DNA from: Thermoanaerobaculia bacterium
GTDB lineage: Bacteria > Acidobacteriota > Thermoanaerobaculia > Multivoradales > UBA5704
Assembly (NCBI GenBank): GCA_035995205.1
Contig: DASYKS010000091.1
Coordinates: forward strand, 2,085 to 66,084
Reading direction: 5' to 3'
Length of the DNA: 64,000 nucleotides
Shown: positions 1 through 10,651 of the stretch, piece after piece
Layout of the letters: each line of letters begins with the position of its first letter
How positions within the stretch are numbered: position 1 is the stretch's first letter
Notes under the pieces: model-generated
Databases searched by the model: none
What the model was told of the DNA's origin: nothing
Seen by the model: the letters and a program-made list of their open reading frames with translations, nothing else
Made by a program: the position numbers and the translations under genes

Positions 1-227
1 GGTATACCGAGACCGACATGGTGCGCGGCAGTCTGCTGAAGACGGGAGCCAAGACCGGCCGGCCGTACGACGAGCTGCTCGGCGAGATCCTGGCGGAGAA
101 CCCGCTCGGGCGGTTGGTGAAGCCGGTGGAGGTAGCCGCCGCGGTGGTCTGGCTGTGTGGCGAGGCGGCGGCTTCGGTGACGGGGCAAGCCATCGCAATC
201 GACGGTGGGGAGACTGCCGGGCGATGA
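1..227 (+). CDS. Short-chain dehydrogenase/reductase (SDR) family protein, C-terminal fragment running off the window start
   Basis: C-terminal motif ...[17 protein letters not shown] is typical of SDR C-termini. The ORF is open to position 1. Confidence 0.55.
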   Translation, partial: YTETDMVRGSLLKTGAKTGRPYDELLGEILAENPLGRLVKPVEVAAAVVWLCGEAAASVTGQAIAIDGGETAGR

Positions 228-733
228 ATTCGATCTCGACTCCGGACGCCGAAACGCGGCTCGACCAGGCGCCGGCGGCGGATCATCCGGAGCTGCGGCT
301 GTGGCTTCGCCTGTTCACCTGCTCGACGCTGGTCGAGACCACGATCCGCCGCCGGCTGCGGGCCGAGTTCGGCGAAACGCTGCCGCGCTTCGATCTGCTC
401 GCGCAACTCGCGAAAGTGCCCGGCGGGCTTGCGCTCTCCGAGCTGTCGAAGCGGATGATGGTTTCGAACGGCAACTTGACCGCGCTGGTGGAACGGCTGG
501 TCGAGGCGGGCTGGATCGAGCGTCGGACCTCCGCCACCGACCGACGGGTGCAGGTCGCACGGCTGACGACTGCGGGGCGCGCCGCGTTTCGCAAGATGGC
601 CGCGGCGCACGAGCGGTGGATCGTCGAGATGACCGGCGGCCTCGCGCCGCACGAGACCGAGCAGTTGATGGAACTGCTCGCCAAATGGAAAGCCTCGGCG
701 CGCCGCGCCTTCGAAGGGGAGACCGCCGCATGA
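224..733 (+). CDS. MarR family transcriptional regulator
   Basis: Winged-helix region [55 protein letters not shown] at 224 overlaps the SDR stop. Its own stop overlaps the next gene's start (ATGA). Confidence 0.8.
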   Translation: MNSISTPDAETRLDQAPAADHPELRLWLRLFTCSTLVETTIRRRLRAEFGETLPRFDLLAQLAKVPGGLALSELSKRMMVSNGNLTALVERLVEAGWIERRTSATDRRVQVARLTTAGRAAFRKMAAAHERWIVEMTGGLAPHETEQLMELLAKWKASARRAFEGETAA

Positions 734-1569
734 GCACACCCGCCAATCGCGTGACCTTGCCTCTGGGCGAATATCAGGCGGAGCACTTTCGGTTCGCGGT
801 CGTGGATCGCGTCGCCACGATCACGCTCGACCGGCCGGAGCGGAAGAACCCCCTCACGTTCGGCAGCTACGACGAGCTGGCCGAGCTGTTCCGGGCGGCG
901 GTAAAGGATGCAAACGGCGTACGGGCGTTCGTGCTCGCGGGGTCCGGCGGCAACTTCTGCTCGGGGGGCGACGTTCACGACATCATCGGCCCGCTGGTCG
1001 AGATGGACACGGCCGGCCTGCTCGAATTCACCAAAAAGACCGGCGAGCTGGTGAAGGCCATGCGCGCCTGCCCGCAGCCGATCGTCGCTGCTATCGACGG
1101 CATTTGCGCGGGGGCCGGGGCGATCCTCGCGATGGCGTCCGATCTGCGCTTCGGCACCGCGCGCGCCAAAGTCGCGTTCCTGTTCAACAAGGTGGGACTC
1201 GCCGGTTGCGACATGGGGGCTTGCGCGATGCTGCCGCGAATCATCGGCCAGGGGCGCGCTTCCGAGCTGCTCTACACCGGCCGGCCGCTCCCGGGAGAAG
1301 AAGGGGAGCGCTGGGGGTTCTTCAACCGGCTGGTCGAGCCGGACGATCTTCTCTCCGCGGCGCAAGCGCTTGCCCACGAGATCGCCCACGGGCCGAGTTT
1401 CGCCCATGCGATGACCAAGCGGATGCTCCAGGTCGAGTGGGCGATGTCGGTCGAGGACGCGATCGAATCCGAGGCGGTGGCGCAGGCGCTCTGCATGACG
1501 ACTGAAGATTTCGCCCGCGCGTTCCGGGCGTTTGCGGCGAAACAAAAGCCCGTGTTCGAGGGGAACTGA
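730..1569 (+). CDS. Enoyl-CoA hydratase/isomerase (crotonase) family protein
   Basis: [22 protein letters not shown]...[17 protein letters not shown] crotonase signature. The longer ORF in the track (205..) is an upstream read-through in the same frame. Confidence 0.85.
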   Translation: MSTPANRVTLPLGEYQAEHFRFAVVDRVATITLDRPERKNPLTFGSYDELAELFRAAVKDANGVRAFVLAGSGGNFCSGGDVHDIIGPLVEMDTAGLLEFTKKTGELVKAMRACPQPIVAAIDGICAGAGAILAMASDLRFGTARAKVAFLFNKVGLAGCDMGACAMLPRIIGQGRASELLYTGRPLPGEEGERWGFFNRLVEPDDLLSAAQALAHEIAHGPSFAHAMTKRMLQVEWAMSVEDAIESEAVAQALCMTTEDFARAFRAFAAKQKPVFEGN

Positions 1570-1572
1570 CGC

Positions 1573-2736
1573 GTGCCCGTCGTCCCCGATCGCTCGTTTC
1601 TCGATTGGCCGTTCTTCGGGCCGGAGCACCGCGCCTGGGAGGAGGATCTTTCCCACTGGGCGGATCGAGAGCTGCCCGCGCTGGTCGATCATGAGAACGT
1701 CGATACCTCCTGCCGCCGGCTGGTGAGTGCCCTCGGCGACGCAGGCTGGCTCTCCGCCGCGGTTCCGGGCGACCAGGGGTACGACGTGCGCTCGCTCTGC
1801 CTGGCGCGCGAAACGCTCGCCTACCGCGACGGGCTCGCCGATTTCGCGTTCGCGATGCAGGGCCTGGGCAGCGGGCCGATCGCGATGTTCGGATCGGACG
1901 AGATCAAGCGCCGCTACCTGCCGCGGGTGGCGGCCGGCAAGGCGATCGCGGCGTTCGCGCTCTCCGAGCCGGACGCAGGGTCCGACGCCGCGGCGATCTC
2001 GACCAGCGCCACCCCCGCCGGCCCGGAGTACGTTCGGCTGGACGGCACGAAGACCTGGATTTCCAACGGCGGGATCGCCGACTTCTACGTCGTCTTCGCG
2101 CGCACCGGCGATGTCCCCGGGGCGAAAGGCGTCTCCGCGTTCCTGGTGGACGCCGACACCCCTGGATTGGAAATCACCGAGCGGATCGAGGTGATCGCGC
2201 CGCATCCGCTCGCGACTCTCAAGTTCGAGGGGTGCCGCATTCCCCTCTCGAACCGTCTAGGCAATCCGGGCGAAGGGTTCAAGGTCGCGATGGCCACCCT
2301 CGACGTGTTTCGCTCGACGGTCGGCGCCGCGGCGCTCGGCCTCGCGCGGCGCGCGTTGGACGAGGCACTCGACCGCTCTTCCACCCGGCAGCTGTTCGGC
2401 GCGCCGCTCGCCGATTTGCAGCTCACGCAAGCCGCGTTGGCCGACATGGCGACCGAAGTGGACGCCGCCGCGCTCCTGGTCTATCGCGCGGCGTGGACCA
2501 AGGATCAAGGGGCACCGCGCGTCACGCGTGAGGCGGCGATGGCGAAAATGTTTGCCACCGAAGCGGCGCAGCGCGTGATCGATCGCGCGGTCCAGATCTT
2601 CGGCGGTCTGGGGGTGAAGAAGGGAACGAAGGTCGAGCAGCTCTACCGCGAGATCCGCGCGCTGCGCATCTACGAGGGGGCGACCGAAGTGCAGAAAGTC
2701 GTGATCGCCCGGGAGACGCTGAGGAGTCGCACATGA
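1573..2736 (+). CDS. Acyl-CoA dehydrogenase
   Basis: 387 aa. ACAD motifs are present ([17 protein letters not shown]-terminal [21 protein letters not shown]). Confidence 0.9.
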   Translation: MPVVPDRSFLDWPFFGPEHRAWEEDLSHWADRELPALVDHENVDTSCRRLVSALGDAGWLSAAVPGDQGYDVRSLCLARETLAYRDGLADFAFAMQGLGSGPIAMFGSDEIKRRYLPRVAAGKAIAAFALSEPDAGSDAAAISTSATPAGPEYVRLDGTKTWISNGGIADFYVVFARTGDVPGAKGVSAFLVDADTPGLEITERIEVIAPHPLATLKFEGCRIPLSNRLGNPGEGFKVAMATLDVFRSTVGAAALGLARRALDEALDRSSTRQLFGAPLADLQLTQAALADMATEVDAAALLVYRAAWTKDQGAPRVTREAAMAKMFATEAAQRVIDRAVQIFGGLGVKKGTKVEQLYREIRALRIYEGATEVQKVVIARETLRSRT

Positions 2737-4385
2737 TCTCCGCCTACACCGCGCATGCCGATCCGTTCGTTCGGGAGAACCTTCCCGCGGCCGAAGACCG
2801 GCCGGATTTTCTCTTCACGCTCCCCGACCTTCAGTATCCGGAGCGGCTGAACGCGACGACCGCGTTCATCGATTCTCACGTCGCGGCGGGGCACGGTGGC
2901 CGCCCTTGCCTGATCTCGCCGTTCGAGCGTTGGAGCTATCGCGATCTGCAATCCCGCGTCGATCGAATCGCTCGAGTTTTGGTCGAGCGGCTGGGGCTCG
3001 TTCCCGGCGGGCGCGTGCTGCTCCGCGCTCCCAATACTCCCATGCTCGCCGCGGCGCATCTCGCGGTTTGGAAGGCGGGAGGGGTCGTCGTCGCGACCAT
3101 GCCGCTGCTGCGCGCGAAGGAGCTTTCGATTCTGATCGGCAAGGCGCGGATCGCGCTCGCGCTGTGCGATGGCCGGCTGCTCGCCGAACTGGAGAAAGCT
3201 CGCGAGGTGGCTCCCCTCCTCGAACGAATCGTTTCGTTCGGTCATGGCCCGAGCGAATCGACCGGCGAGCTGGAAAGCCTGATGGCGGAGGTTGCGAGCA
3301 ATCCATTTCCCGCCTGCGATACCGCGGCGGACGATCCTTGCCTGGTGGGTTTTACCTCCGGCACCACGGGCGAGCCGAAAGGCACGATCCACAACCACCG
3401 TGACCTGCTCGCAACCTGCGACAGCTACGGCAAGCACGTCCTTCACGCCCAGGAGAACGACATCTTCATCGGCTCGCCGCCGCTCGCGTTCACGTTCGGA
3501 CTCGGCGGGCTCCTACTCTTCCCGCTCCGGGTGGGCGCCTCCACGGTGTTGCTCGAACGGGCGACCCCGGACGAGTTGCTCCCCGCGATCGCCCGGCATC
3601 GCGCGACGATCTGCTTTACCGCGCCGACCGCCTACCGGGTGATGTTGGGCAAGCTCGCCGAGCACGACATCTCATGCCTCCGCATAGGAGTCTCGGCGGG
3701 CGAGACGCTGCCCAAGGCGATCTGGGACGCGTGGTACTCGGCGACGGGCATCGAGCTGATGGACGGCATCGGCTCGACCGAGATGCTCCACATTTTCATC
3801 GGCTCGCCGCAAGGCGAAATCCGCCCCGGCGCCACGGGCCGCGCGGTCCCGGGATACGAGGCGAAGGTGGTGGACGAGGAGGGAAACGAGGTACCGCCCG
3901 GCACGGTCGGCCGCCTTGCGGTGCGCGGTCCGACCGGTTGTCGCTATCTGGCGGACGACCGTCAAAAAGCCTATGTCCACAACGGGTGGAATTTCACCGG
4001 TGATTCCTACTCGATGGATGAGGATGGGTATTTCTGGTACCAGGCGCGATCGGACGACATGATCGTTTCGTCGGGCTACAACATCGCGGGGCCAGAGGTC
4101 GAAGCCGCCCTCCTCTCTCATCCGGCGGTCGCCGAATGCGGCGTGGTCGGTGCGCCCGATCCGGAGCGCGGGCAGATCGTCAAGGCGTATGTTGTGCTGC
4201 GGCCAGATCAGGAAGGAGAACCCGGGCTGGTGCGCGCCCTTCAGGATCACGTGAAGGCGGAGATCGCCCCCTACAAATACCCGCGCGCCGTGGCGTTCGT
4301 CGAGAGCCTGCCGCGAACAGGGAGCGGGAAGCTCCAGCGCTTCCGCCTGCGCGAGATGGCGCGGGCCGAAGGGAAGAATTCGTGA
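2733..4385 (+). CDS. AMP-dependent aryl-CoA ligase (2-aminobenzoate/benzoate-CoA ligase-like)
   Basis: 550 aa. AMP-binding motif [10 protein letters not shown] and C-terminal [12 protein letters not shown]. Start overlaps the ACAD stop. Confidence 0.85.
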   Translation: MISAYTAHADPFVRENLPAAEDRPDFLFTLPDLQYPERLNATTAFIDSHVAAGHGGRPCLISPFERWSYRDLQSRVDRIARVLVERLGLVPGGRVLLRAPNTPMLAAAHLAVWKAGGVVVATMPLLRAKELSILIGKARIALALCDGRLLAELEKAREVAPLLERIVSFGHGPSESTGELESLMAEVASNPFPACDTAADDPCLVGFTSGTTGEPKGTIHNHRDLLATCDSYGKHVLHAQENDIFIGSPPLAFTFGLGGLLLFPLRVGASTVLLERATPDELLPAIARHRATICFTAPTAYRVMLGKLAEHDISCLRIGVSAGETLPKAIWDAWYSATGIELMDGIGSTEMLHIFIGSPQGEIRPGATGRAVPGYEAKVVDEEGNEVPPGTVGRLAVRGPTGCRYLADDRQKAYVHNGWNFTGDSYSMDEDGYFWYQARSDDMIVSSGYNIAGPEVEAALLSHPAVAECGVVGAPDPERGQIVKAYVVLRPDQEGEPGLVRALQDHVKAEIAPYKYPRAVAFVESLPRTGSGKLQRFRLREMARAEGKNS

Positions 4386-4834
4386 GCGATCCGCAGGCGC
4401 TGCTCCCGCCCGGCTGGCCTTCGCCTAAGGGTTACGCCAACGGCATGGCCGCGAGCGGCCGGATCGTGGTGACCGGAGGGCTGATCGGCTGGGACGAGAG
4501 GGAAGTGTTTGCCGAAGGCTTCCTCGCCCAGGCGCGCCAGGCGCTTTTGAACTTGTGTGCCGTGCTCGCCGCCGGAGGCGCCGAGCCGCGGCACTTGGTG
4601 CGGCTCAACTGGTACGTCGTGGACATGGACGAATACCTGGAGAGCCGTAAGGCGCTCGGCCCGATCTATCGCGAGATCCTCGGGCGGCATTTTCCCGCGA
4701 TGGCCGTGATGCAGATCGTCCGGCTGGTCGAGCCCGCGGCGCGGTTGGAGATCGAGGGGACGGCGGTGGTAGAGGAATCTAGAATCGAGGAATCAAGAAT
4801 CAGGAAATTGGGAGTCGCCGAGGAGCTACCGTGA
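4382..4834 (+). CDS. RidA/YjgF family protein
   Basis: GTG start overlapping the ligase stop. Sequence PKGYANGMAASGRIVVTGGLIGWDEREVFAEGFLAQARQALLNL resembles RidA. Confidence 0.65.
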   Translation: MSDPQALLPPGWPSPKGYANGMAASGRIVVTGGLIGWDEREVFAEGFLAQARQALLNLCAVLAAGGAEPRHLVRLNWYVVDMDEYLESRKALGPIYREILGRHFPAMAVMQIVRLVEPAARLEIEGTAVVEESRIEESRIRKLGVAEELP

Positions 4835-7182
4835 AAGTCACCGTCCTCGGCGGCGGCCCCGGCGGGCTGTACTTCGCGCTCCTCACCAAGAAATCCCGCC
4901 CCGATTGGTCGATTGAGGTGTTCGAGCAGAACCAGGCGGACGACACGTTCGGCTTCGGCGTCGTCTTCTCCGACGAGACGCTTGACGAGTTCCTGTCGCG
5001 TGATCCGGAATCGTTCGCCCGCATTCGCGACGCGTTCGCCTATTGGGACGACGTGGCGATCCACTACAAAGGCCACGAGATCCGCTGCGCCGGCAACGGC
5101 TTCGCCGGGATCTCGCGGATGCGCCTGCTCAACATTCTCCAAGAGCGCTGTCGCGAGGTGGGCGTTGCGCTCCACTTCAGCGAGCGGGTCGAACCTTCCG
5201 AGATCGACGAGCGCTTCGCGGATTCCGATCTGATCCTCGCGGCCGACGGGATCAACTCGCCCGTGCGGGAGCACTTCCGCGAGGCGTTCGAGCCGACGGT
5301 GGTTTGGAAAGCGAACCGTTTCTGCTGGATGGGCTCGACCCGGCCGATGGGGGAGTTCAACTACTTCTTCCGCGAGACAGAGCACGGAATCGTCTGCGCC
5401 CACACTTATCAATACGAGCGCTCCGAGACGAGCCGCTCCACCTGGATCTTCGAGATGGACGAAGCCTGCTGGCGCGGCCACGGCTTCGATGCCCTCGACG
5501 AGGAACAGAGCCGGATCGTCCTCGAACGGATGTACGCAGAAGAGCTGGCGGGGCATCCCCTTCTTCTCAATCGGTCGCAATGGCGCCGTTTTCCGCGCGT
5601 TTCGTGCAAGCGGTGGAGCCACGGCAAGATCGTCCTCTTGGGCGATGCCAAAGCCTCCGCGCACTATTCGGTCGGCTCGGGAACGAAGCTCGCGATGGAG
5701 TGCGCGATCGCGCTATCCGAGTCGGTCGTCGCCCACGGGGGAAAAGATGTGGCGCTTGCCTTCGCCGAGTACGAAGCCGCTCGGCGCGTGCCGTGCGAAG
5801 TGATCCAGCACAACGCGGACGTTTCGCTCGCCTGGTTCGAGCACATGGGACGCTCGTGGGACATGGAGCCGATGCAGTTCGCCTCGGTCGTCATGTGCCG
5901 CGCCAAATCGGTCACCTACGACAACCTGATCCTTCGCGATCCGGTGTTCGTCGCACAGGTCGATACCGAATGGTACGAGCGGGCGTATCGTGAAACCGGC
6001 TACGATGCGCGCAAGAACCGCCCGACGCCGATGTTCACGAAATTCCGCCTACGCGGGATGGAGCTGATGAACCGGGTCGTGATGTCGCCGATGGCGCAAT
6101 ACTCGGCGGTGGAGGGCGACCTCACCGACTGGCACTTCGTTCACTATTCTTCCCACGCGCTCGGGGGCATGGGTTTGATCTTCACCGAGATGACCTGCCC
6201 GTCGACCGAGGCGCGAATCAGCCTCGGCTGCACGGGCCTCTGGAGCGACGCCCAGGAATCGCAATGGCGGCGGATCGTCGAGTTCGTCCACGCCCATTCG
6301 CCCGCGAAGATCGCGCTCCAGCTCGGCCACTCCGGGAGGAAGGGATCGACCCAGCTCGGCTGGGAAGAAGCGGACGTGCCAATCGTGGAGCCCGAAGCGA
6401 ACTGGCCCGTGGTCTCGGCTTCGCCAATTCCCTACTATCCGCAAGTCTCGTCGATCCCGATCGAGCTCGACCGGGCGGGGATGGACGAGATCCGCGATCA
6501 GTTTGCCTCAGCGACCGAGCGCGGAGCCCGCGCTGGGTTCGATCACCTGGAGCTGCACTGCGCCCACGGGTATCTCTTCGCCTCGTTTCTCTCGCCGCTC
6601 ACCAACCGGCGCGGTGACGAGTACGGCGGATCGATTGAGAATCGCCTGCGCTTTCCGCTCGAAGTGTTCCGCGCCATGCGCGCCGCCTGGCCGGAGGAAC
6701 GGCCGATGTCCGTGCGCATTTCGGCCTCCGACTGGCTGGAAGGCGGGATCACCGAGGACGACACCTTCGCGATCGCCGAGGCGTTCCGCGCTGCGGGCTG
6801 CGATCTGATCGACGTCTCCGCGGGTCAGACCGTGCCGGATCAAAAACCGATCTACGGCCGGATGTTCCAAGCCCAATTCGCCGAGGCGATCCGCAATGTA
6901 TCGAAAATGGCGACCATGGCGGTCGGAGCGATCACTGAGCCCGCGCAGGTCAACACCCTCCTTCACACCCGCCGCGCCGACCTCGTGGCGCTCGCGCGCA
7001 CGCATCTCTGGAATCCCACTTTCGCCAACCAAGCCGCAGCCTGGTACGGCGCCCGCACGGGAACCTGGCCGCCGCAGTACCTGAGTGGAAGGGACCAGGC
7101 GTTCCGCGAGCTGGCCAAAGCGCGGATGGATCGGCTGGCACTCCAGCGAAAAGCTCGCCCGGCCCGGCATCGGGCGAGTTAG
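4831..7182 (+). CDS. 2-aminobenzoyl-CoA monooxygenase/reductase-like fusion protein (N-terminal FAD monooxygenase, C-terminal old-yellow-enzyme NADH:flavin oxidoreductase)
   Basis: 783 aa. N-terminus VTVLGGGPGGLYFAL is a Rossmann FAD monooxygenase fold. C-terminus MFTKFRLRGMELMNRVVMSPM...HCAHGYLFASFLSPLTNRRGDEYGGSIENRLRF has OYE motifs. This architecture matches Azoarcus AbmA and salicylyl-CoA hydroxylase. Confidence 0.8.
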   Translation: MKVTVLGGGPGGLYFALLTKKSRPDWSIEVFEQNQADDTFGFGVVFSDETLDEFLSRDPESFARIRDAFAYWDDVAIHYKGHEIRCAGNGFAGISRMRLLNILQERCREVGVALHFSERVEPSEIDERFADSDLILAADGINSPVREHFREAFEPTVVWKANRFCWMGSTRPMGEFNYFFRETEHGIVCAHTYQYERSETSRSTWIFEMDEACWRGHGFDALDEEQSRIVLERMYAEELAGHPLLLNRSQWRRFPRVSCKRWSHGKIVLLGDAKASAHYSVGSGTKLAMECAIALSESVVAHGGKDVALAFAEYEAARRVPCEVIQHNADVSLAWFEHMGRSWDMEPMQFASVVMCRAKSVTYDNLILRDPVFVAQVDTEWYERAYRETGYDARKNRPTPMFTKFRLRGMELMNRVVMSPMAQYSAVEGDLTDWHFVHYSSHALGGMGLIFTEMTCPSTEARISLGCTGLWSDAQESQWRRIVEFVHAHSPAKIALQLGHSGRKGSTQLGWEEADVPIVEPEANWPVVSASPIPYYPQVSSIPIELDRAGMDEIRDQFASATERGARAGFDHLELHCAHGYLFASFLSPLTNRRGDEYGGSIENRLRFPLEVFRAMRAAWPEERPMSVRISASDWLEGGITEDDTFAIAEAFRAAGCDLIDVSAGQTVPDQKPIYGRMFQAQFAEAIRNVSKMATMAVGAITEPAQVNTLLHTRRADLVALARTHLWNPTFANQAAAWYGARTGTWPPQYLSGRDQAFRELAKARMDRLALQRKARPARHRAS

Positions 7183-7248
7183 CCGGGGACGCGACGCGCT
7201 TGCCGACCCTGCCCGCCGCCACTACAATCGACCCCGCCGAGATTCGAG

Positions 7249-7785
7249 ATGGACGCGCTCAAGCTGAGGCAGATCTTTGAAAAACTCGACGAAGTCCTCG
7301 AGCACCCCACCGAGCTGTTGATCCGAGGAGGAGCCGCCGTGGTGGCTCATGGTTTGGAGCAACGGGTCACAATGGACATCGACGTGCTCCCGGCCTCTAG
7401 GTTCATCGAAGCGGATCTTCGCCGGGCTTGTAGTGCGGCGGGCATCGGCTTCAATCCGTCGGAAAAGGATTTCGCGGAGACGGACTATCTAGAGGTCGTT
7501 CCCGAGGAGACGTTGATCCTCCCGCGGCCTGATCCGGAGCGGGGCTATAACACGATCTTCCGCGGCCTCAATCTCACCGTCAAAGCGCCCCCCGCCGCGG
7601 ATCTCGTGATCAGCAAGCTGAAACGGCTCGATCCGGAGGATCTGGCCGATATCGACTTTCTCATTGAACACTTCCGGCTGACCGAAGTCGACCTCAGAGA
7701 ATCCTTCGGCCGATTGCCGCCACGGTTCAAAGCCGACTCGGTGGTACAGGACAACCTCCGCTTCATCGTAGAGGATCTCCAATGA
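7249..7785 (+). CDS. Hypothetical protein with nucleotidyltransferase-fold motif
   Basis: IRGGAAVVAHGLEQRVTMDIDVL fits the hG[GS]...DxD NTase signature. Lower GC. Stop overlaps the next start (ATGA). Confidence 0.45.
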   Translation: MDALKLRQIFEKLDEVLEHPTELLIRGGAAVVAHGLEQRVTMDIDVLPASRFIEADLRRACSAAGIGFNPSEKDFAETDYLEVVPEETLILPRPDPERGYNTIFRGLNLTVKAPPAADLVISKLKRLDPEDLADIDFLIEHFRLTEVDLRESFGRLPPRFKADSVVQDNLRFIVEDLQ

Positions 7786-8261
7786 ACGAGAAGCCGGGTA
7801 ATCCATCGCGCTGGCAGGCATTGCTCAATCGAATGTTTGAGGAGCTGCGTTCCGGAGAACCACGAGCGGAAACCTATTGGGCACAGCAGCTCGCGTTCGG
7901 CCCCGTGTTCTTCTATGCCGTTGTTCTCGCAGTTCGCGAAGGTTCCATCGCGCCAGGCGACCTGGATCTCCTTCGTCATGTGATTCCCTTGGCTCTCGCA
8001 TTGCTCGGGGCTTTACCCGATGGGGGCGGCGGTGATCCAACCCGACTGCTCTTGCTCGCGCGCCGACAGGCAGTGGCTCTGGCTTCGGGTCGTCGTCACC
8101 GTCTCACTCGACTCGCCGCCCGTCTCGGGTTGGAGGCCTCGAAGGTGCTTTATGACCCGGTGCCAAACCGGCTGCAACGGCCCTATGAAGTGATGGGGTG
8201 GTGTCCGCCCCCGGTACGCCTGGAGGCGGACGATCCGTCTTCGCCGAGTGCTTCGGCGTAG
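7782..8261 (+). CDS. Hypothetical protein, translationally coupled to the NTase-fold gene
   Basis: 159-aa ORF with a 4-bp start/stop overlap with the upstream gene. No recognisable family. Confidence 0.35.
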   Translation: MNEKPGNPSRWQALLNRMFEELRSGEPRAETYWAQQLAFGPVFFYAVVLAVREGSIAPGDLDLLRHVIPLALALLGALPDGGGGDPTRLLLLARRQAVALASGRRHRLTRLAARLGLEASKVLYDPVPNRLQRPYEVMGWCPPPVRLEADDPSSPSASA

Positions 8262-8273
8262 TCACTCTTTCCC

Positions 8274-10535
8274 CTACCGCCCCCCCAGCGCCGCCGTCGC
8301 CTTATCGATCTGCGCGGCGTAACCGCGCAGCGTTCCCGCTACGAGCTCGACTTCCTTGGCGGTTAAGTCCCAATTCCGGGCTTCGATCGCTTCGCGGATT
8401 CCGGGCAGGGTTTTGACGCCGTAGCCGGTGTAGAAGCCCGGGGCGTAGATCTGGTGGATGAACCAGGGGCGGCCGGGCAGGCCTTCCGGCCGGGTGAGGG
8501 CGCGCTCGCTGTCGATCAGCAGTTTGCCTAGGTTCTCAAGCTCCGCCGCCTCGTAGGGGCGGCCCGAGCGGGCGCGATCCGCGGCGGCGGCGGAGAAAGC
8601 CTTGGCGCTCTTCTGCACTGCGGCGACCGCGTTCTGGAGCGGGGCGAAGTTGAGGTAAGGCACGGGATCTTTCGGCTTGGGCGCGACGTAGGTTTTCTTG
8701 GGATCGAACACCTGGGCGTAGGCGCCGTCGGCGATCAGGCGGTTTTGGTCTTCCGCCTCGGTGCGCAGACCATCGGCCAGCTCACGGACCTGGTCGGCGT
8801 AGAGCGCGAGGTTGTCGGCAAAGCCGGTGAACTCGAAGGGTAGGACGTCGGCCTGGGCGAGGCGTAGGACCGTTCGGCTTCCCGTCTGGGCGAGCGCCAC
8901 GCCGTAGGTGAAGTCCGGATCGACGAAACGGACGAAGTGATCGAAGCTGTCGTACGCCGTGTGGTACTGACCGTACTCGTCTTCGCCGCCGTAGCCGACG
9001 TCGACCGACGCGATGCCCAGATGCTGCAGGAACGGCGTGTAATCCGAACCGGAGCCGAGCGCGTTGATCCGCAGGTTCGCCCGATCGCGCGCCTCGCGCT
9101 TCTCGTCCGGGGTGCCGTTCAAACGTTGATAGGAGCGAGCCCGCTCGAAGGCGCTCACCCCTTTTTCCGGATCGACCACGTCGCGCGCCACGTCATTCAA
9201 GAACGCTTCGAGCGAGTGCGAGCCTCCGAGACCGAGGAAGCCCCGCGCGTTGCTATCGCTGTTGATGTAGGCGACCACCTTGGCCTGAAGCTCCACGGCG
9301 TGAGTCTCCGCCCATTCGACCGAGCCGAGCAGCCCCGGCTCTTCGCCGTCCCACGAGGCATAAACGATCGTTCGCCGTGGTTTCCATCCGGACTTGGCGA
9401 GAGCGCCGATCGCTTTCGCCTCGGCGAGCATCGCGACCTGGCCCGAGAGCGGATCGGTGGCACCGTGAACCCAGGCGTCGTGATGGTTGCCGCGGATCAC
9501 CCACTGGTCGGGCAGCTCCGCGCCGGAGAGCGTCGCGATCACGTCGTAGACCGTGGCCATGTCCCAGTTGAAGGCGAGCGCGAGATGGACCTTCGCCGGC
9601 CCCGGGCCGAGGTGATAGGTCATGGGCAGACCCCCGCGGTACGACTCGGGCGCCACCGGGCCGCCGAGCGCGCGGAGGAAGGGGAGAGCGTCGGCATACG
9701 AGATCGGCAGGACGGGGATCTTGGTGAGCGTCGCCGCGTCTTTGCGGTCGATCCGCGGCGCGTCGGCCGTGGCGCCGATCCCGGGGGTGAGAGGGTCGCC
9801 CGAGCGCAACGGTCCGTCGGACACCGAGCCGCGCTGGACCGCCTGGTCGCTCCGCCAGCCCCCCTTGGGGTACACGTCGCCCTGGCCGTAGCCGTCGTCG
9901 GCCGGATCGGAGTAGAGGATGCAGGCGAGCGCGCCGTGCTCCGCCGCGACCTTCGGCTTGATTCCGCGCCAGGAGTGGCCGTAGCGGGCGATCACGATCT
10001 TGCCCTTGACGTCGATGCCGCGCCGGTCCAGCTCCTCGTAGTCCGAGGGGATGCCGTAATTGACGTAGACCAGCTCGGCCGTCGCGTCGCCGTCGATCGA
10101 GTAGACGTTGTACGGAGGGAGCATCTCGGCCGTCTGGCCGGAGGTCGAATCGCCCGGGATCGCCGGCTCGGCGAGCGAAGCGGTGAAAGAGGTGGGCGCC
10201 ACCAGCTCCAGCTTCCGCAGTTTCGGGGTGGGGAAGAGGACGCGGAACTCCTCGATTCGCGTGTCGAAACCGAACGAGCGGTAGAGCTCGGCGATGAATT
10301 CCGCGTTCTGCTTGCCGTACGGCGAGCCGAGGTGGTGCGGGTGCGCCGAGAGCCGCTTCATCCACTCGCGCTGGTCCGCGGCGCTCATGGAGCGGTCCAG
10401 CTGCTGCTCGATCGCGCGCTCGGCGGTCGAGCGCTCGGTGGAGAATCCGAGCAGAGTGGCGGGCTCAGGCGCATCGGCATGAGCAAGACGAACGGCGAAG
10501 AGCAGGGCCAAACCGAGCCGGAATGTTCGACGCAT
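8274..10535 (-). CDS. M28 family metallopeptidase with PA domain and transferrin-receptor-like dimerisation domain (secreted)
   Basis: Signal peptide MRRTFRLGLALLFAVRLAHA with GGAGG RBS. Glutamate-carboxypeptidase-II-like motifs (GNHHDAWVHGATDPLSG, WDGEEPGLLGS). The track ORF extends 19 codons upstream of the likely start. Confidence 0.85.
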   Translation of the reverse strand: MRRTFRLGLALLFAVRLAHADAPEPATLLGFSTERSTAERAIEQQLDRSMSAADQREWMKRLSAHPHHLGSPYGKQNAEFIAELYRSFGFDTRIEEFRVLFPTPKLRKLELVAPTSFTASLAEPAIPGDSTSGQTAEMLPPYNVYSIDGDATAELVYVNYGIPSDYEELDRRGIDVKGKIVIARYGHSWRGIKPKVAAEHGALACILYSDPADDGYGQGDVYPKGGWRSDQAVQRGSVSDGPLRSGDPLTPGIGATADAPRIDRKDAATLTKIPVLPISYADALPFLRALGGPVAPESYRGGLPMTYHLGPGPAKVHLALAFNWDMATVYDVIATLSGAELPDQWVIRGNHHDAWVHGATDPLSGQVAMLAEAKAIGALAKSGWKPRRTIVYASWDGEEPGLLGSVEWAETHAVELQAKVVAYINSDSNARGFLGLGGSHSLEAFLNDVARDVVDPEKGVSAFERARSYQRLNGTPDEKREARDRANLRINALGSGSDYTPFLQHLGIASVDVGYGGEDEYGQYHTAYDSFDHFVRFVDPDFTYGVALAQTGSRTVLRLAQADVLPFEFTGFADNLALYADQVRELADGLRTEAEDQNRLIADGAYAQVFDPKKTYVAPKPKDPVPYLNFAPLQNAVAAVQKSAKAFSAAAADRARSGRPYEAAELENLGKLLIDSERALTRPEGLPGRPWFIHQIYAPGFYTGYGVKTLPGIREAIEARNWDLTAKEVELVAGTLRGYAAQIDKATAALGGR

Positions 10536-10651
10536 GAAACCTCCGAGGCGAGCGGGTGAAAGGGCCGCGAAAAACCGCGGCGACCCTAGCACCGCAACTC
10601 CGGGGGTGTAAACGCTCCCGGTCCCCTTTCGCGCCCGCCGAAGAACATAAG

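Noticed and set aside
283-2205. Long antisense or alternative-frame ORFs across the first 24 kb (for example 283-2205 -, 2670-3446 -, 4666-5664 -, 11527-14181 -, 15725-17287 +, 18072-18962 -, 19170-20093 -, 25166-26245 -, 25564-26739 +)
   Set aside because: They overlap well-supported genes with clear family signatures on the other strand or frame. They are GC-bias artefacts.
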